From an uncultured Gammaproteobacteria bacterium (GTDB lineage: Bacteria; Patescibacteriota; Patescibacteriia; UBA2169), in contig CAZSGI010000001.1 in assembly GCA_964606465.1 (NCBI GenBank), positions 1 through 37,004 of the forward strand: a stretch of 37,004 nucleotides of DNA, written 5' to 3'. Below are positions 8,307 to 15,203 of the stretch, in pieces. The notes under the pieces are model-generated. The model made no database searches. It worked only from the letters and a program-made list of their open reading frames with translations, and was not told the DNA's origin. The translations under genes were made by a program, and so were the position numbers. Every line of letters starts with the position of its first letter. Within the stretch, counting starts at the first letter, position 1.

Positions 8307-9554
8307 ATGTCCGACCGCGTAAAACGCATCCTCAAAATCACTGGCTTCATAGTCATCGTGCTCCTGCTCGGGTGGGGGGTGTGGGCCCTGTTTTTCCGCG
8401 CGCCGGGCACGAGCGTGGTGCCGGGTCGGGTTGTCAGCGTGGCGCCTGGCCAGTTGCCGGAGGTTTCGGAGGGCGCTGGCGGGCGCGTGGTTGATACCAC
8501 GCTGGATCAGCGCAATCTGGCGCCCGAGGCTGAACCTACGCCGCAAGAGCCGGACGTGGTGGCGGCCGGCGGCAGAACCGTGGTTTCCTCGCTCACCCCG
8601 AGCCGGGCCGAGTTCAACACGCTCGCGCGGAACGGGTCGCTCAACTACTACGACGAGCGGGACGAGCGCTTCTACCGAATCAATCCCGCGGGCGGGGCTC
8701 CCATTCCGCTCTCGGATCAGGTGTTCCGTTCGGTGGAGAGCGTTTCGTGGTCAAACTCCGGCGCCGCCGCCATCCTGGAGTTCCCGGACGGCTCAAACAT
8801 CTTCTACGATTTTGAGCGCAAGGTTCAGGCAACACTGCCGCCCGAAGCCCAGGAGTTCAGTTTCTCACCGGACGATTCGCAGCTCGCGTACGAGTACATC
8901 GGCGAGTCAGAGGATGACCGGTGGATCATCGCCGCAAGCCCGACGGGTGAGGGCCAGGAGTTTGTGCAGCCCTTGGGCCGGCAGTCGCGCAACGTGGCGG
9001 TTGACTGGTCTCCGAGCGGGGAGGTTGTCGCCACGTTCCGGGAACCCACGTCGAGCTTGGGCGAGGAGGTCTTTTTCATCGGCCTGCACGATGAAAATTT
9101 TCTCTCGCTCCAGACGAACGGCCTGGGGTTTCTCGGCGCGTGGTCTCCGCAAGGCAAGCAGGTGCTCTACAGCGTGTACTCCGAAGGCACCAACTACAAT
9201 CCGGTGCTGCACATCGCGGGCGCTTCCGGGGACAGCATTGGGTTGGGGAACCGCTCGCTTCGCATCCAAACCTGGCCGGACAAGTGCGCGTTCGCATCAG
9301 AGGAGCTCGTGTACTGCGCGGTGCCCCAGTTTTTGAACGAGGGGAGCGGAATTTTTCGGGAGCAAGCCTACGCTACGGCCGATACCATCTACAAGATTGA
9401 CTTGATCAGCAACTCGGCTTCTCCAATCGCCTACCCCGAGGGCGCAACCGGCGCGAGCTTTACCGTAGAATCCATGATCGTGTCCGCGGATGGGCGCGAA
9501 CTCTATTTCACGGACCGGGTGTCGGGCCGGATCAGTAAGCTGCGCTTGAGATAG
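8307..9554 (+). CDS. membrane-anchored TolB-like beta-propeller (PD40/WD40-like repeat) protein
   Basis: N-terminal TM helix ITGFIVIVLLLGWGVWALFF. Repeated FSPDxxxLAY / WSPSGEVVA / WSPQGKQVLYS motifs are typical of PD40 repeats. Confidence 0.75.
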   Translation: MSDRVKRILKITGFIVIVLLLGWGVWALFFRAPGTSVVPGRVVSVAPGQLPEVSEGAGGRVVDTTLDQRNLAPEAEPTPQEPDVVAAGGRTVVSSLTPSRAEFNTLARNGSLNYYDERDERFYRINPAGGAPIPLSDQVFRSVESVSWSNSGAAAILEFPDGSNIFYDFERKVQATLPPEAQEFSFSPDDSQLAYEYIGESEDDRWIIAASPTGEGQEFVQPLGRQSRNVAVDWSPSGEVVATFREPTSSLGEEVFFIGLHDENFLSLQTNGLGFLGAWSPQGKQVLYSVYSEGTNYNPVLHIAGASGDSIGLGNRSLRIQTWPDKCAFASEELVYCAVPQFLNEGSGIFREQAYATADTIYKIDLISNSASPIAYPEGATGASFTVESMIVSADGRELYFTDRVSGRISKLRLR

Positions 9555-9555
9555 T

Positions 9556-10197
9556 ATGGACAGGCAGAGAGTGATGGCGAGCGTCTTGGGCCTGGGGCTT
9601 GTCGTGATGCTTTTGTTCGGTGTTGACCTATGGCGCAACCGCAGTGCGGAAAGGGCGGAGTTTGATTTTTCCGGAGCCGTGCGCCCCACGCAGTACGCCG
9701 AGAGCCCGAGCAAGGGAGCAGCCAATCCAAAGGTAACCATATTTGAGTACGCTGATTTCGCGTGCAGCCACTGCGCAGAGTTTCAGGCTGTGCTTTCGCG
9801 TATTTTGTCAACGTATGGCGATGAGGTGGCTGTGGTGTGGAAGGATTTCCCGTTCCTCTCGCAAGATTCAAAGGATGCGGCAGTCGCGAGCAGGTGTGCG
9901 GGGCAGCAGGGCGCGTTTTGGGAGTACCACAACTGGCTGTTTGCGAATCAAGATGAGCTTGGGTCAATTTCGTTTGCGCAAGGCGCGGCTGGACTTGCGA
10001 TTGATGAGGCTGACTTTACGTCCTGCTTGTCAGATGATACTATCACTACCTTAGTTGAACGCGATTTCGCCGAAGGCCAAGCGCTGGGCATCACCCAGAC
10101 GCCGACCCTGGTGATCGGGGATGTCGCGTTAGTCGGGACCCAGACGTTTGAGGAGGTGGAGCGCATGCTGGTCCCCCTCCTGAAAAATGGAAACTAG
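9556..10197 (+). CDS. DsbA-family thiol:disulfide oxidoreductase (membrane-anchored thioredoxin fold)
   Basis: N-terminal TM helix and a CxxC active site in FEYADFACSHCAEF. The C-terminal GITQTPTLVIG is typical of the DsbA/thioredoxin fold (cis-Pro loop). Confidence 0.9.
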   Translation: MDRQRVMASVLGLGLVVMLLFGVDLWRNRSAERAEFDFSGAVRPTQYAESPSKGAANPKVTIFEYADFACSHCAEFQAVLSRILSTYGDEVAVVWKDFPFLSQDSKDAAVASRCAGQQGAFWEYHNWLFANQDELGSISFAQGAAGLAIDEADFTSCLSDDTITTLVERDFAEGQALGITQTPTLVIGDVALVGTQTFEEVERMLVPLLKNGN

Positions 10198-11512
10198 ACG
10201 ATACGTTTGTTCTCATTGTGACGCCCAATACTCAAAGTGGCAGGGCCAGTGCGATGAATGCGGAAAGTGGGGAACCATTCAAGCATCCTCCGGTGATGCG
10301 GGTGCGAGCGCGTCGGCCGCTGTTTCGTCCGTTGACACATCCCGCGCTGCTGTGCGGCTCGAGACGGGCATGCACGAGGTGGACAGCGTCTTGGGCGGGG
10401 GTTTGGTCGCGGGCAGCCTGGTGCTGCTCGCCGGTGACCCAGGGATAGGCAAATCAACGCTCGTTTTGCAGGCGGTTGCCGGATTTGCGCAACGCAACGT
10501 CGGCAACGTGCTGTACGTGGCCGGAGAAGAATCCCCGGAGCAAATCAGCTTGCGCATGGCGAGGCTTTCGGTTGCCGCGGAGCGCATGTGGTTTGTTTCC
10601 GATACCCGGCTTGAGGTGATTGTCAGCGCCATCAAGAAGCACAAGCCAAGCCTCGCGGTCATAGATTCCATCCAGACCACCGCTGACCCTTCCGTTGGTT
10701 CAGAGCCGGGCAGCGTGGCGCAGCTACGGACCTCTGCTGCGCAATTCTTGCAATGCGCCAAGCAGACGAGTATCCCCATCATCCTCATCGGCCACGTTAC
10801 CAAAGAGGGCGTGGTTGCCGGACCCGGGCTCCTCGCCCACATGGTGGACGTGGTGTTGTACTTGGAAGGGGATCGCTTGCACGAGTACCGGCTGTTGCGC
10901 TCAACGAAAAACCGGTTCGGCCCCACGAACCAGGTGGGCGTGTTTAGTATGACGGACGCGGGATTGGTTGAAGTCAAAAATCCCTCACAGCTCTTTCTGG
11001 AAGCGGGGGGAGGGAACCATCCCGGTTCTGTGGTGAGCGTGATTATGGAGGGCTCGCGGCCGTTTCTGATTGAAATCCAGGCCCTGACCAACAAGTCATC
11101 CTACGGATACCCCAAGCGGGCTGCGAGCGGATTTGACCTTTCCCGCTTGGAGCTCTTGATTGCCGTGCTCTCGCGCCGCGCCGGATTGAAGTTGGATACC
11201 CAGGATGTGTTTGTGAACGTGGTGGGCGGTTTGCGCGTCAAAGACCCTTCGTTGGATTTGGCAGCAAGCCTCGCCATCGCGTCTTCCCTCTCAAACCAAC
11301 CCATGCCGCAGAAATCAATCGCCTTGGGCGAGGTGGGGCTCTCCGGCGAAATTCGGCCCGCAACGAACCTTGCGGCCCGTTTGGACGAAGCCAAGCGCTT
11401 GGGCTTTACCTCGTTTTTCATACCGAAGAGCGGCGCTAAGGAGACGAACGCCCCCGCGCGGGGGGTTGCGGATATCGCCGAGGCGCTTTCCGCGCTCGGG
11501 ATTGTGAAGTGA
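10187..11512 (+). CDS. radA: DNA repair protein RadA/Sms
   Basis: Zinc finger CSHCDAQYSKWQGQCDECGKWGT, Walker A GDPGIGKST, the RadA KNRFG motif, and a Lon-like C-terminal domain. It overlaps the upstream gene by 11 nt. Confidence 0.96.
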   Translation: METRRYVCSHCDAQYSKWQGQCDECGKWGTIQASSGDAGASASAAVSSVDTSRAAVRLETGMHEVDSVLGGGLVAGSLVLLAGDPGIGKSTLVLQAVAGFAQRNVGNVLYVAGEESPEQISLRMARLSVAAERMWFVSDTRLEVIVSAIKKHKPSLAVIDSIQTTADPSVGSEPGSVAQLRTSAAQFLQCAKQTSIPIILIGHVTKEGVVAGPGLLAHMVDVVLYLEGDRLHEYRLLRSTKNRFGPTNQVGVFSMTDAGLVEVKNPSQLFLEAGGGNHPGSVVSVIMEGSRPFLIEIQALTNKSSYGYPKRAASGFDLSRLELLIAVLSRRAGLKLDTQDVFVNVVGGLRVKDPSLDLAASLAIASSLSNQPMPQKSIALGEVGLSGEIRPATNLAARLDEAKRLGFTSFFIPKSGAKETNAPARGVADIAEALSALGIVK

Positions 11513-11580
11513 AAAAAAGAGAGGCGGCCGCTGCAGCAGATGCTGCGCGTCCGCCCCATGCGCCTTCGCGCGAGAACGTT

Positions 11581-11952
11581 CTATCCTACGCTACTTGGAG
11601 TCGGCAGTCGTGCGGCAGCCCGCTCTTGGAATTCTGCAACCCAGCGGGGAAACACGCCCGGGTCCTCGAGCATTTCTGCATCAATGAACACGGGATCGCC
11701 TCCGTCGTTCGTCTCCGCCGCGACGCACCGGTATTGCCCGTTCACGAACCCAGGCGAGCTGAGCGGGCCGTCCGCGCAGACGACGCGGACCGTCCGCGGC
11801 GCCGGGAACCGGATGAGCCCGTTCATCTTGGCCGTATACCCTCGGCCGCGCCGCGCATTCCGGAGGAACCAGTCGGTCGTTATCTGGCCTTGTACCGCCG
11901 TGAGCGTGGGTTGCACGGTTTGACGAGACCGACTTTTGGGTACGGTAGTCAT
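11581..11952 (-). CDS. hypothetical protein (orphan, 123 aa)
   Basis: This is the only ORF in 11513-12398 with protein-like composition. It has an ATG start preceded by GGGGAGG 8 nt upstream, one of the few clear SD sequences in the window. No family recognised. Confidence 0.4.
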   Translation of the reverse strand: MTTVPKSRSRQTVQPTLTAVQGQITTDWFLRNARRGRGYTAKMNGLIRFPAPRTVRVVCADGPLSSPGFVNGQYRCVAAETNDGGDPVFIDAEMLEDPGVFPRWVAEFQERAAARLPTPSSVG

Positions 11953-11954
11953 GA

Positions 11955-11974
11955 GTTCGTCCTCCCCGACGAAC
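11955..11974 (-). promoter_or_regulatory. hairpin presenting the SD of the 123-aa ORF in its loop
   Basis: On the + strand, gttcgtc (11955-11961), loop ctcccc, gacgaac (11968-11974): a 7-bp stem. On the - strand the loop reads ggggag, 10 nt upstream of the ATG. Confidence 0.45.
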
Positions 11975-11981
11975 AGCTACG

Positions 11982-12002
11982 TGATACTCCTCTGATACTC
12001 CT
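11982..12002. repeat. two direct 10-nt repeats, tgatactcct, spaced 11 nt start to start
   Basis: tgatactcct occurs at 11982-11991 and 11993-12002, 30-50 nt upstream of the - strand ATG at 11952. The one-helical-turn spacing suggests a protein-binding site. Confidence 0.4.
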
Positions 12003-12128
12003 GCCGCCTCCCCGCGACAGAAGGTGGAGGGTTTTTGATGCGGTGCATCACCTCCTTTGGCGCTGCCCTCCGCAGCGGTTAGGGTTTGAAAGGCCTTTTT
12101 GTTTGATGGAAAAAGAAGGGTGGTAGAC

Positions 12129-12279
12129 GGCGGACGCGCAGGGGGGGAGCTCATGCGCGTCCGCCGCAAATCAACACCAGGCCGCCTCGGTCTTTCACGT
12201 GGTGTATGGCCAAAAAGACCAGGGGTCTGCATTGATTTACCGCCCGCCTTCTGCGAGCGCTCGTGCCATTGGCGGGCGG
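12129..12279. other. cluster of three GC-rich stem-loops in a 446-nt gene-free gap (candidate structured RNA or REP-like units)
   Basis: A: ggcggacgcgca (12129-12140) pairs with tgcgcgtccgcc (12154-12165), 12 bp perfect. B: ggtcttt (12189-12195) pairs with aaagacc (12214-12220), with a competing pairing of agacc (12216-12220) with ggtct (12224-12228). C: ccgcccgcc (12240-12248) pairs with ggcgggcgg (12271-12279), 9 bp. Confidence 0.5.
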
Positions 12280-12347
12280 CCTACCTGAGAATCAGTGTGC
12301 GGCTGACACAAGGTTATGTAAACACGTTTTTGAGCGTTCGTCAAATG

Positions 12348-12379
12348 AGGAAAAAAAAGGTGTAGGAAAAAAAAGGTGT
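12348..12379. repeat. perfect tandem duplication of a 16-mer, aggaaaaaaaaggtgt
   Basis: Copy 1 at 12348-12363 and copy 2 at 12364-12379, just downstream of the recG stop on the - strand. Confidence 0.9.
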
Positions 12380-12392
12380 CAGGTACCTTTTT
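12364..12392 (-). terminator. weak AT-rich hairpin plus U-run, candidate recG terminator
   Basis: aaaaaggt (12370-12377) pairs with accttttt (12385-12392) around a 7-nt loop. On the - strand it starts 6 nt after the recG stop and runs into further T residues. Confidence 0.3.
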
Positions 12393-12398
12393 CCCGCG

Positions 12399-14468
12399 TC
12401 ATTCAAAGTGCATCTTTTGAGACTGCCGTTCCAGTTGAGCCGCAAGCAGCGGGTGGCGCGCGAGGTGAGGGTCTTCGCTCAAGAGCTTTTTGGCAGCTTC
12501 GCGGGTGCGTTCCAAAAGTCCGCTGTCTGCCAAGGTAGCGATTTTCAGGTCCGCAAACCTACCGGACTGCTCGGTTCCGTAGAGCGTGCCCGGTCCCCGT
12601 AGCCCCAAATCCAGTTCCGCAATCTCAAACCCATCTTTTGCTTGCACAAATTTCTGCAGCCGTTTTTTGGTTTCGGCGGCCGGCGAGCCCGTAAACAGAA
12701 AACAGAACGACTCCCTCTCCCCGCGTCCCACCCTGCCGCGGAACTGGTGCAGCTGCGAGAGCCCGAACCTATCCGCGTCCTCAATCACCATGATACTCGC
12801 ATTGGGTACATCCACGCCGACCTCAACCACGGCGGTCGCAACCAGCATGGAAAGCTCGCCCGATTTGAAGGAGCTCATCACCCGTTCCTTTTCGTCGGAT
12901 TTGAGCTTTCCGTGCAAGAGTCCGATGCGCGTGTCGCTGAAAACGCTCGCGCGGAGTTTTTCATACTCCGCGGTAGCGGATTTCACGCCGAGCGCATCGC
13001 TCTCCTCAATCAAGGGGCAAATCATGAACGCCTGCTCTCCTTTGCTGATGCGCTGTTTGATGAACTGGTACGCTTTGGCGCGGTTGTGCTCATCAACAAC
13101 CCTCGTGGTGATGGGTTTGCGCCCCTCTGGCATCTGCCTGATGGTCGTGATGTCCAAATCACCGTACAAGGTCAACGCGAGCGAGCGGGGGATGGGGGTC
13201 GCGGTCATAGACAAGAGGTGCGGCACGTCGCTGGCTGTTTTGTCTTTCAGCTGTTTTCGTTGCTCTACGCCGAACCGGTGCTGTTCGTCTATAATGACCA
13301 GTCCGAGCCGGTTGAAAGAAACGTCGTGCTGAATAATGGCGTGCGTGCCAATGGTGATGGAAACTTTTCCATCAGATATGGCTTTTTTTATGCCAGTTCG
13401 CGCTGCGCGTTCGTCAGTTGAAAGCCGCGCATACATGCTTGTCAAGAGGGCAACCGCGCGGTTGGGGAAGATTTTGGAAATGGTCTCGTAGTGCTGCAGG
13501 GCCAAGATTTCCGTGGGTGCCATCAGAGCGGTCTGGAAGCCCGATGAAGCGGCGGAGAGCGCCGCGATTGCGGCAACCACGGTCTTGCCGCTTCCGACCT
13601 CCCCCTGCAAGAGCCGGTTCATAGGCATGCTTTTTTCCATATCCTGGAGGATTTTCCAGGCTGCCTTGCGCTGGTCGGCCGTCAGCGTAAACGGCAACGA
13701 AGAGACGAGCGCTCGGGTCGCGGTCTCGTTGAAAGGGATTTTCGGCGCCCGGGCGCGCGCGAGCTTCCCGCGTGCTTGCTCCGTCAAGAGCTGTATCAGG
13801 AACAGTTCTTCAAACGCGAGCCGTCGTTTCGCCGAAAGGTACGCCGTTGCGTCGCTCGGAAGGTGGATGTCGGTAATCGCGGTTTGTTTGTCGACGAGTT
13901 TTTCCTGCTCAATGATGCGCACGGGCAGCACGTCGGTCATCTCACCTGCCGCGGCGAGCGCCTGGCTCACCAAAAAACGGATCTGCTTTTGCGTAAGTCC
14001 GGCGGTTAGCGGGTAGATAGGCACGAGTCGGGACGTGTGCACCGCGTGTTTTGGGCTGTCAACTTTCTCAAACTGCGGATTTTTCATGACCCAGCCGTTA
14101 AAGTCACGCTCCACGGTGCCTGCGATCGCGACTCGGTCTTCCTCTTTGATTGTCTGCGTGAGGTACGGAGAGTTGAACCACACGATCCGCAAGGTTCCGT
14201 TTCCATCATCAACTTCGGCCTCGGTCAGCTGCATGCGTTTGCGTGGCGTTTTTTTGCTCTCTATGCGCGAGACGGTCCCGTACAGTGTTCCCCGCATCCC
14301 TTCGGAAAGCTCGGCTGTGGAAAGCCGGGCGCTGTAGTCCTCATAGCGCGTGGGGTAGTGCTGAAGCAAATCCAAAACCGACTCAATGCCAAGCCGGGCG
14401 AGCCGGCTCGCGGTAACGGCTCCCACCCGCGTGAGAGAAGAGATGGGAGTTGAGAGATGAGTTCCCAT
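12399..14468 (-). CDS. recG: ATP-dependent DNA helicase RecG
   Basis: 689 aa with an N-terminal wedge/OB region and helicase motifs GEVGSGKT, DEQHRFG, MTATPIPR and QLHQFRGRVGRG. Confidence 0.96.
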   Translation of the reverse strand: MGTHLSTPISSLTRVGAVTASRLARLGIESVLDLLQHYPTRYEDYSARLSTAELSEGMRGTLYGTVSRIESKKTPRKRMQLTEAEVDDGNGTLRIVWFNSPYLTQTIKEEDRVAIAGTVERDFNGWVMKNPQFEKVDSPKHAVHTSRLVPIYPLTAGLTQKQIRFLVSQALAAAGEMTDVLPVRIIEQEKLVDKQTAITDIHLPSDATAYLSAKRRLAFEELFLIQLLTEQARGKLARARAPKIPFNETATRALVSSLPFTLTADQRKAAWKILQDMEKSMPMNRLLQGEVGSGKTVVAAIAALSAASSGFQTALMAPTEILALQHYETISKIFPNRAVALLTSMYARLSTDERAARTGIKKAISDGKVSITIGTHAIIQHDVSFNRLGLVIIDEQHRFGVEQRKQLKDKTASDVPHLLSMTATPIPRSLALTLYGDLDITTIRQMPEGRKPITTRVVDEHNRAKAYQFIKQRISKGEQAFMICPLIEESDALGVKSATAEYEKLRASVFSDTRIGLLHGKLKSDEKERVMSSFKSGELSMLVATAVVEVGVDVPNASIMVIEDADRFGLSQLHQFRGRVGRGERESFCFLFTGSPAAETKKRLQKFVQAKDGFEIAELDLGLRGPGTLYGTEQSGRFADLKIATLADSGLLERTREAAKKLLSEDPHLARHPLLAAQLERQSQKMHFE

Positions 14469-14489
14469 GGATGTCTAACCGCGCCTGTC

Positions 14490-14564
14490 TGGTGCCCCTG
14501 TGAGGAATCGAACCTCAATTACAAGATCCGCAATCTTGCGTCCTATCCGTTGAACGACAGGGGC
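14490..14564 (-). tRNA. tRNA-Arg, anticodon GCG, CCA encoded
   Basis: The reverse complement folds as a 75-nt cloverleaf: acceptor GCCCCTG/CAGGGGC, D arm GTTC-AACGGATA-GGAC (A20 present), anticodon arm CAAGA-TTGCGGA-TCTTG, T arm TGAGG-TTCGATT-CCTCA, discriminator A, then CCA. Confidence 0.88.
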
Positions 14565-14638
14565 GCTCGTCGTAGTCGCGTTGCGGGTTGCGCGTGCGAA
14601 CAAGTTCGCCCGCTTCACCCTTCGCGCGCTACTCCTCT

Positions 14639-14703
14639 CGGTTTCTCGCTTAACTTCCCTTCCCGCCGAGTACGGCGGGTTCGGTCAGCCCAAGCGAGAA
14701 ACC
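14639..14703 (-). other. nested GC-rich stem-loop between the 159-aa gene and tRNA-Arg
   Basis: Outer 12-bp perfect stem: ggtttctcgctt (14639-14650) pairs with aagcgagaaacc (14692-14703). It encloses an inner 7-bp hairpin cccgccg-agta-cggcggg. There is no U-run, so it is not a classical terminator. Confidence 0.55.
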
Positions 14704-14714
14704 GCAAAAGGCAA

Positions 14715-15194
14715 TTATAGTTTCAACAACCGTGTCAGTTGCTCGGAGAGGGGCTCGTTTTCGCGCTCAACATCCTCGGGCAGGTGCGCGAGCAGGATGG
14801 AGCGGACGCGGATGGGATTTTTGTTTTGCAACGGGATTGAGAGCCGGGGCCGGATGCCGCTCTTGAACTCAAAGAAGAGGGTTTTTGCCTCATCCGGCTC
14901 GTAGTACATCCAGAAGCTCTTGAAGCGGTTGTAGGGGTAGTGCGCCTCGCCGATGTTGATGCCGTTGCCCGCGATTTCAAAGGTCACTTCCGGCGCCTTT
15001 CTGCGGTCATGCATGGCCGTGATGAGGATGGCGAGCACGAGGATGATGGCAAACAGGAAGTTCGCGGTGAGCATGGCGTACAAGAGCAGCAGTGCGCCAA
15101 TCGCAATCGCGACGATGTACCAGCGCTTTCCGCGTTCATGCTCACGGTACTCCGGGATCTCCCATACCATGGTTGGTGTTGGTGATTCTTGCAT
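14715..15194 (-). CDS. conserved hypothetical membrane protein (two TM helices plus a small C-terminal domain)
   Basis: 159 aa. WEIPEYREHERGKRWYIVAIAIGALLLLYAMLTANFLFAIILVLAILI resembles a protein I recall as common in CPR genomes. The C-terminal part FWMYYEPDEAKTLFFEFKSGIRPRLSIPL is PH-like. Confidence 0.75.
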   Translation of the reverse strand: MQESPTPTMVWEIPEYREHERGKRWYIVAIAIGALLLLYAMLTANFLFAIILVLAILITAMHDRRKAPEVTFEIAGNGINIGEAHYPYNRFKSFWMYYEPDEAKTLFFEFKSGIRPRLSIPLQNKNPIRVRSILLAHLPEDVERENEPLSEQLTRLLKL

Positions 15195-15203
15195 GTATTT
15201 GTA

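Noticed and set aside
8431-9336. 301-aa alternative-frame + strand ORF inside the TolB-like gene
   Set aside because: The translation is Arg/Ser/Pro-rich. The overlapping frame encodes recognisable PD40-type repeats and an N-terminal TM anchor.
11509-12126. 205-aa + strand ORF following radA, and the 127-aa ORF at 11540-11923
   Set aside because: The translations are Arg/Pro-rich and not protein-like. The - strand 123-aa ORF in the same region has better composition, an ATG start and a Shine-Dalgarno sequence. Even that ORF is only a moderate-confidence call.
11544-12165. The 12-mer tgcgcgtccgcc at 11544-11555 repeated at 12154-12165, with its inverse at 12129-12140, read as terminal inverted repeats of a small mobile element around the 123-aa ORF
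   Set aside because: A single exact 12-mer pair within about 600 nt is about what chance predicts in 37 kb of GC-rich DNA. The match does not extend beyond 12 nt. There is no transposase and there are no target-site duplications.
12348-12379. CRISPR-like repeat
   Set aside because: There are only two directly abutting 16-nt copies, with no spacers and no cas genes. It is a simple tandem duplication. I saw no CRISPR array anywhere in the window.
12127-12398. Known housekeeping RNAs (SRP/4.5S, tmRNA, RNase P, 6S) in the large intergenic gap
   Set aside because: I could not find the conserved cores I know on either strand: the SRP domain IV GGAAGCAGC-type motif, the tmRNA tRNA-like ends, or the RNase P GAGGAAAGUCC motif. 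A covariance-model scan is still needed.
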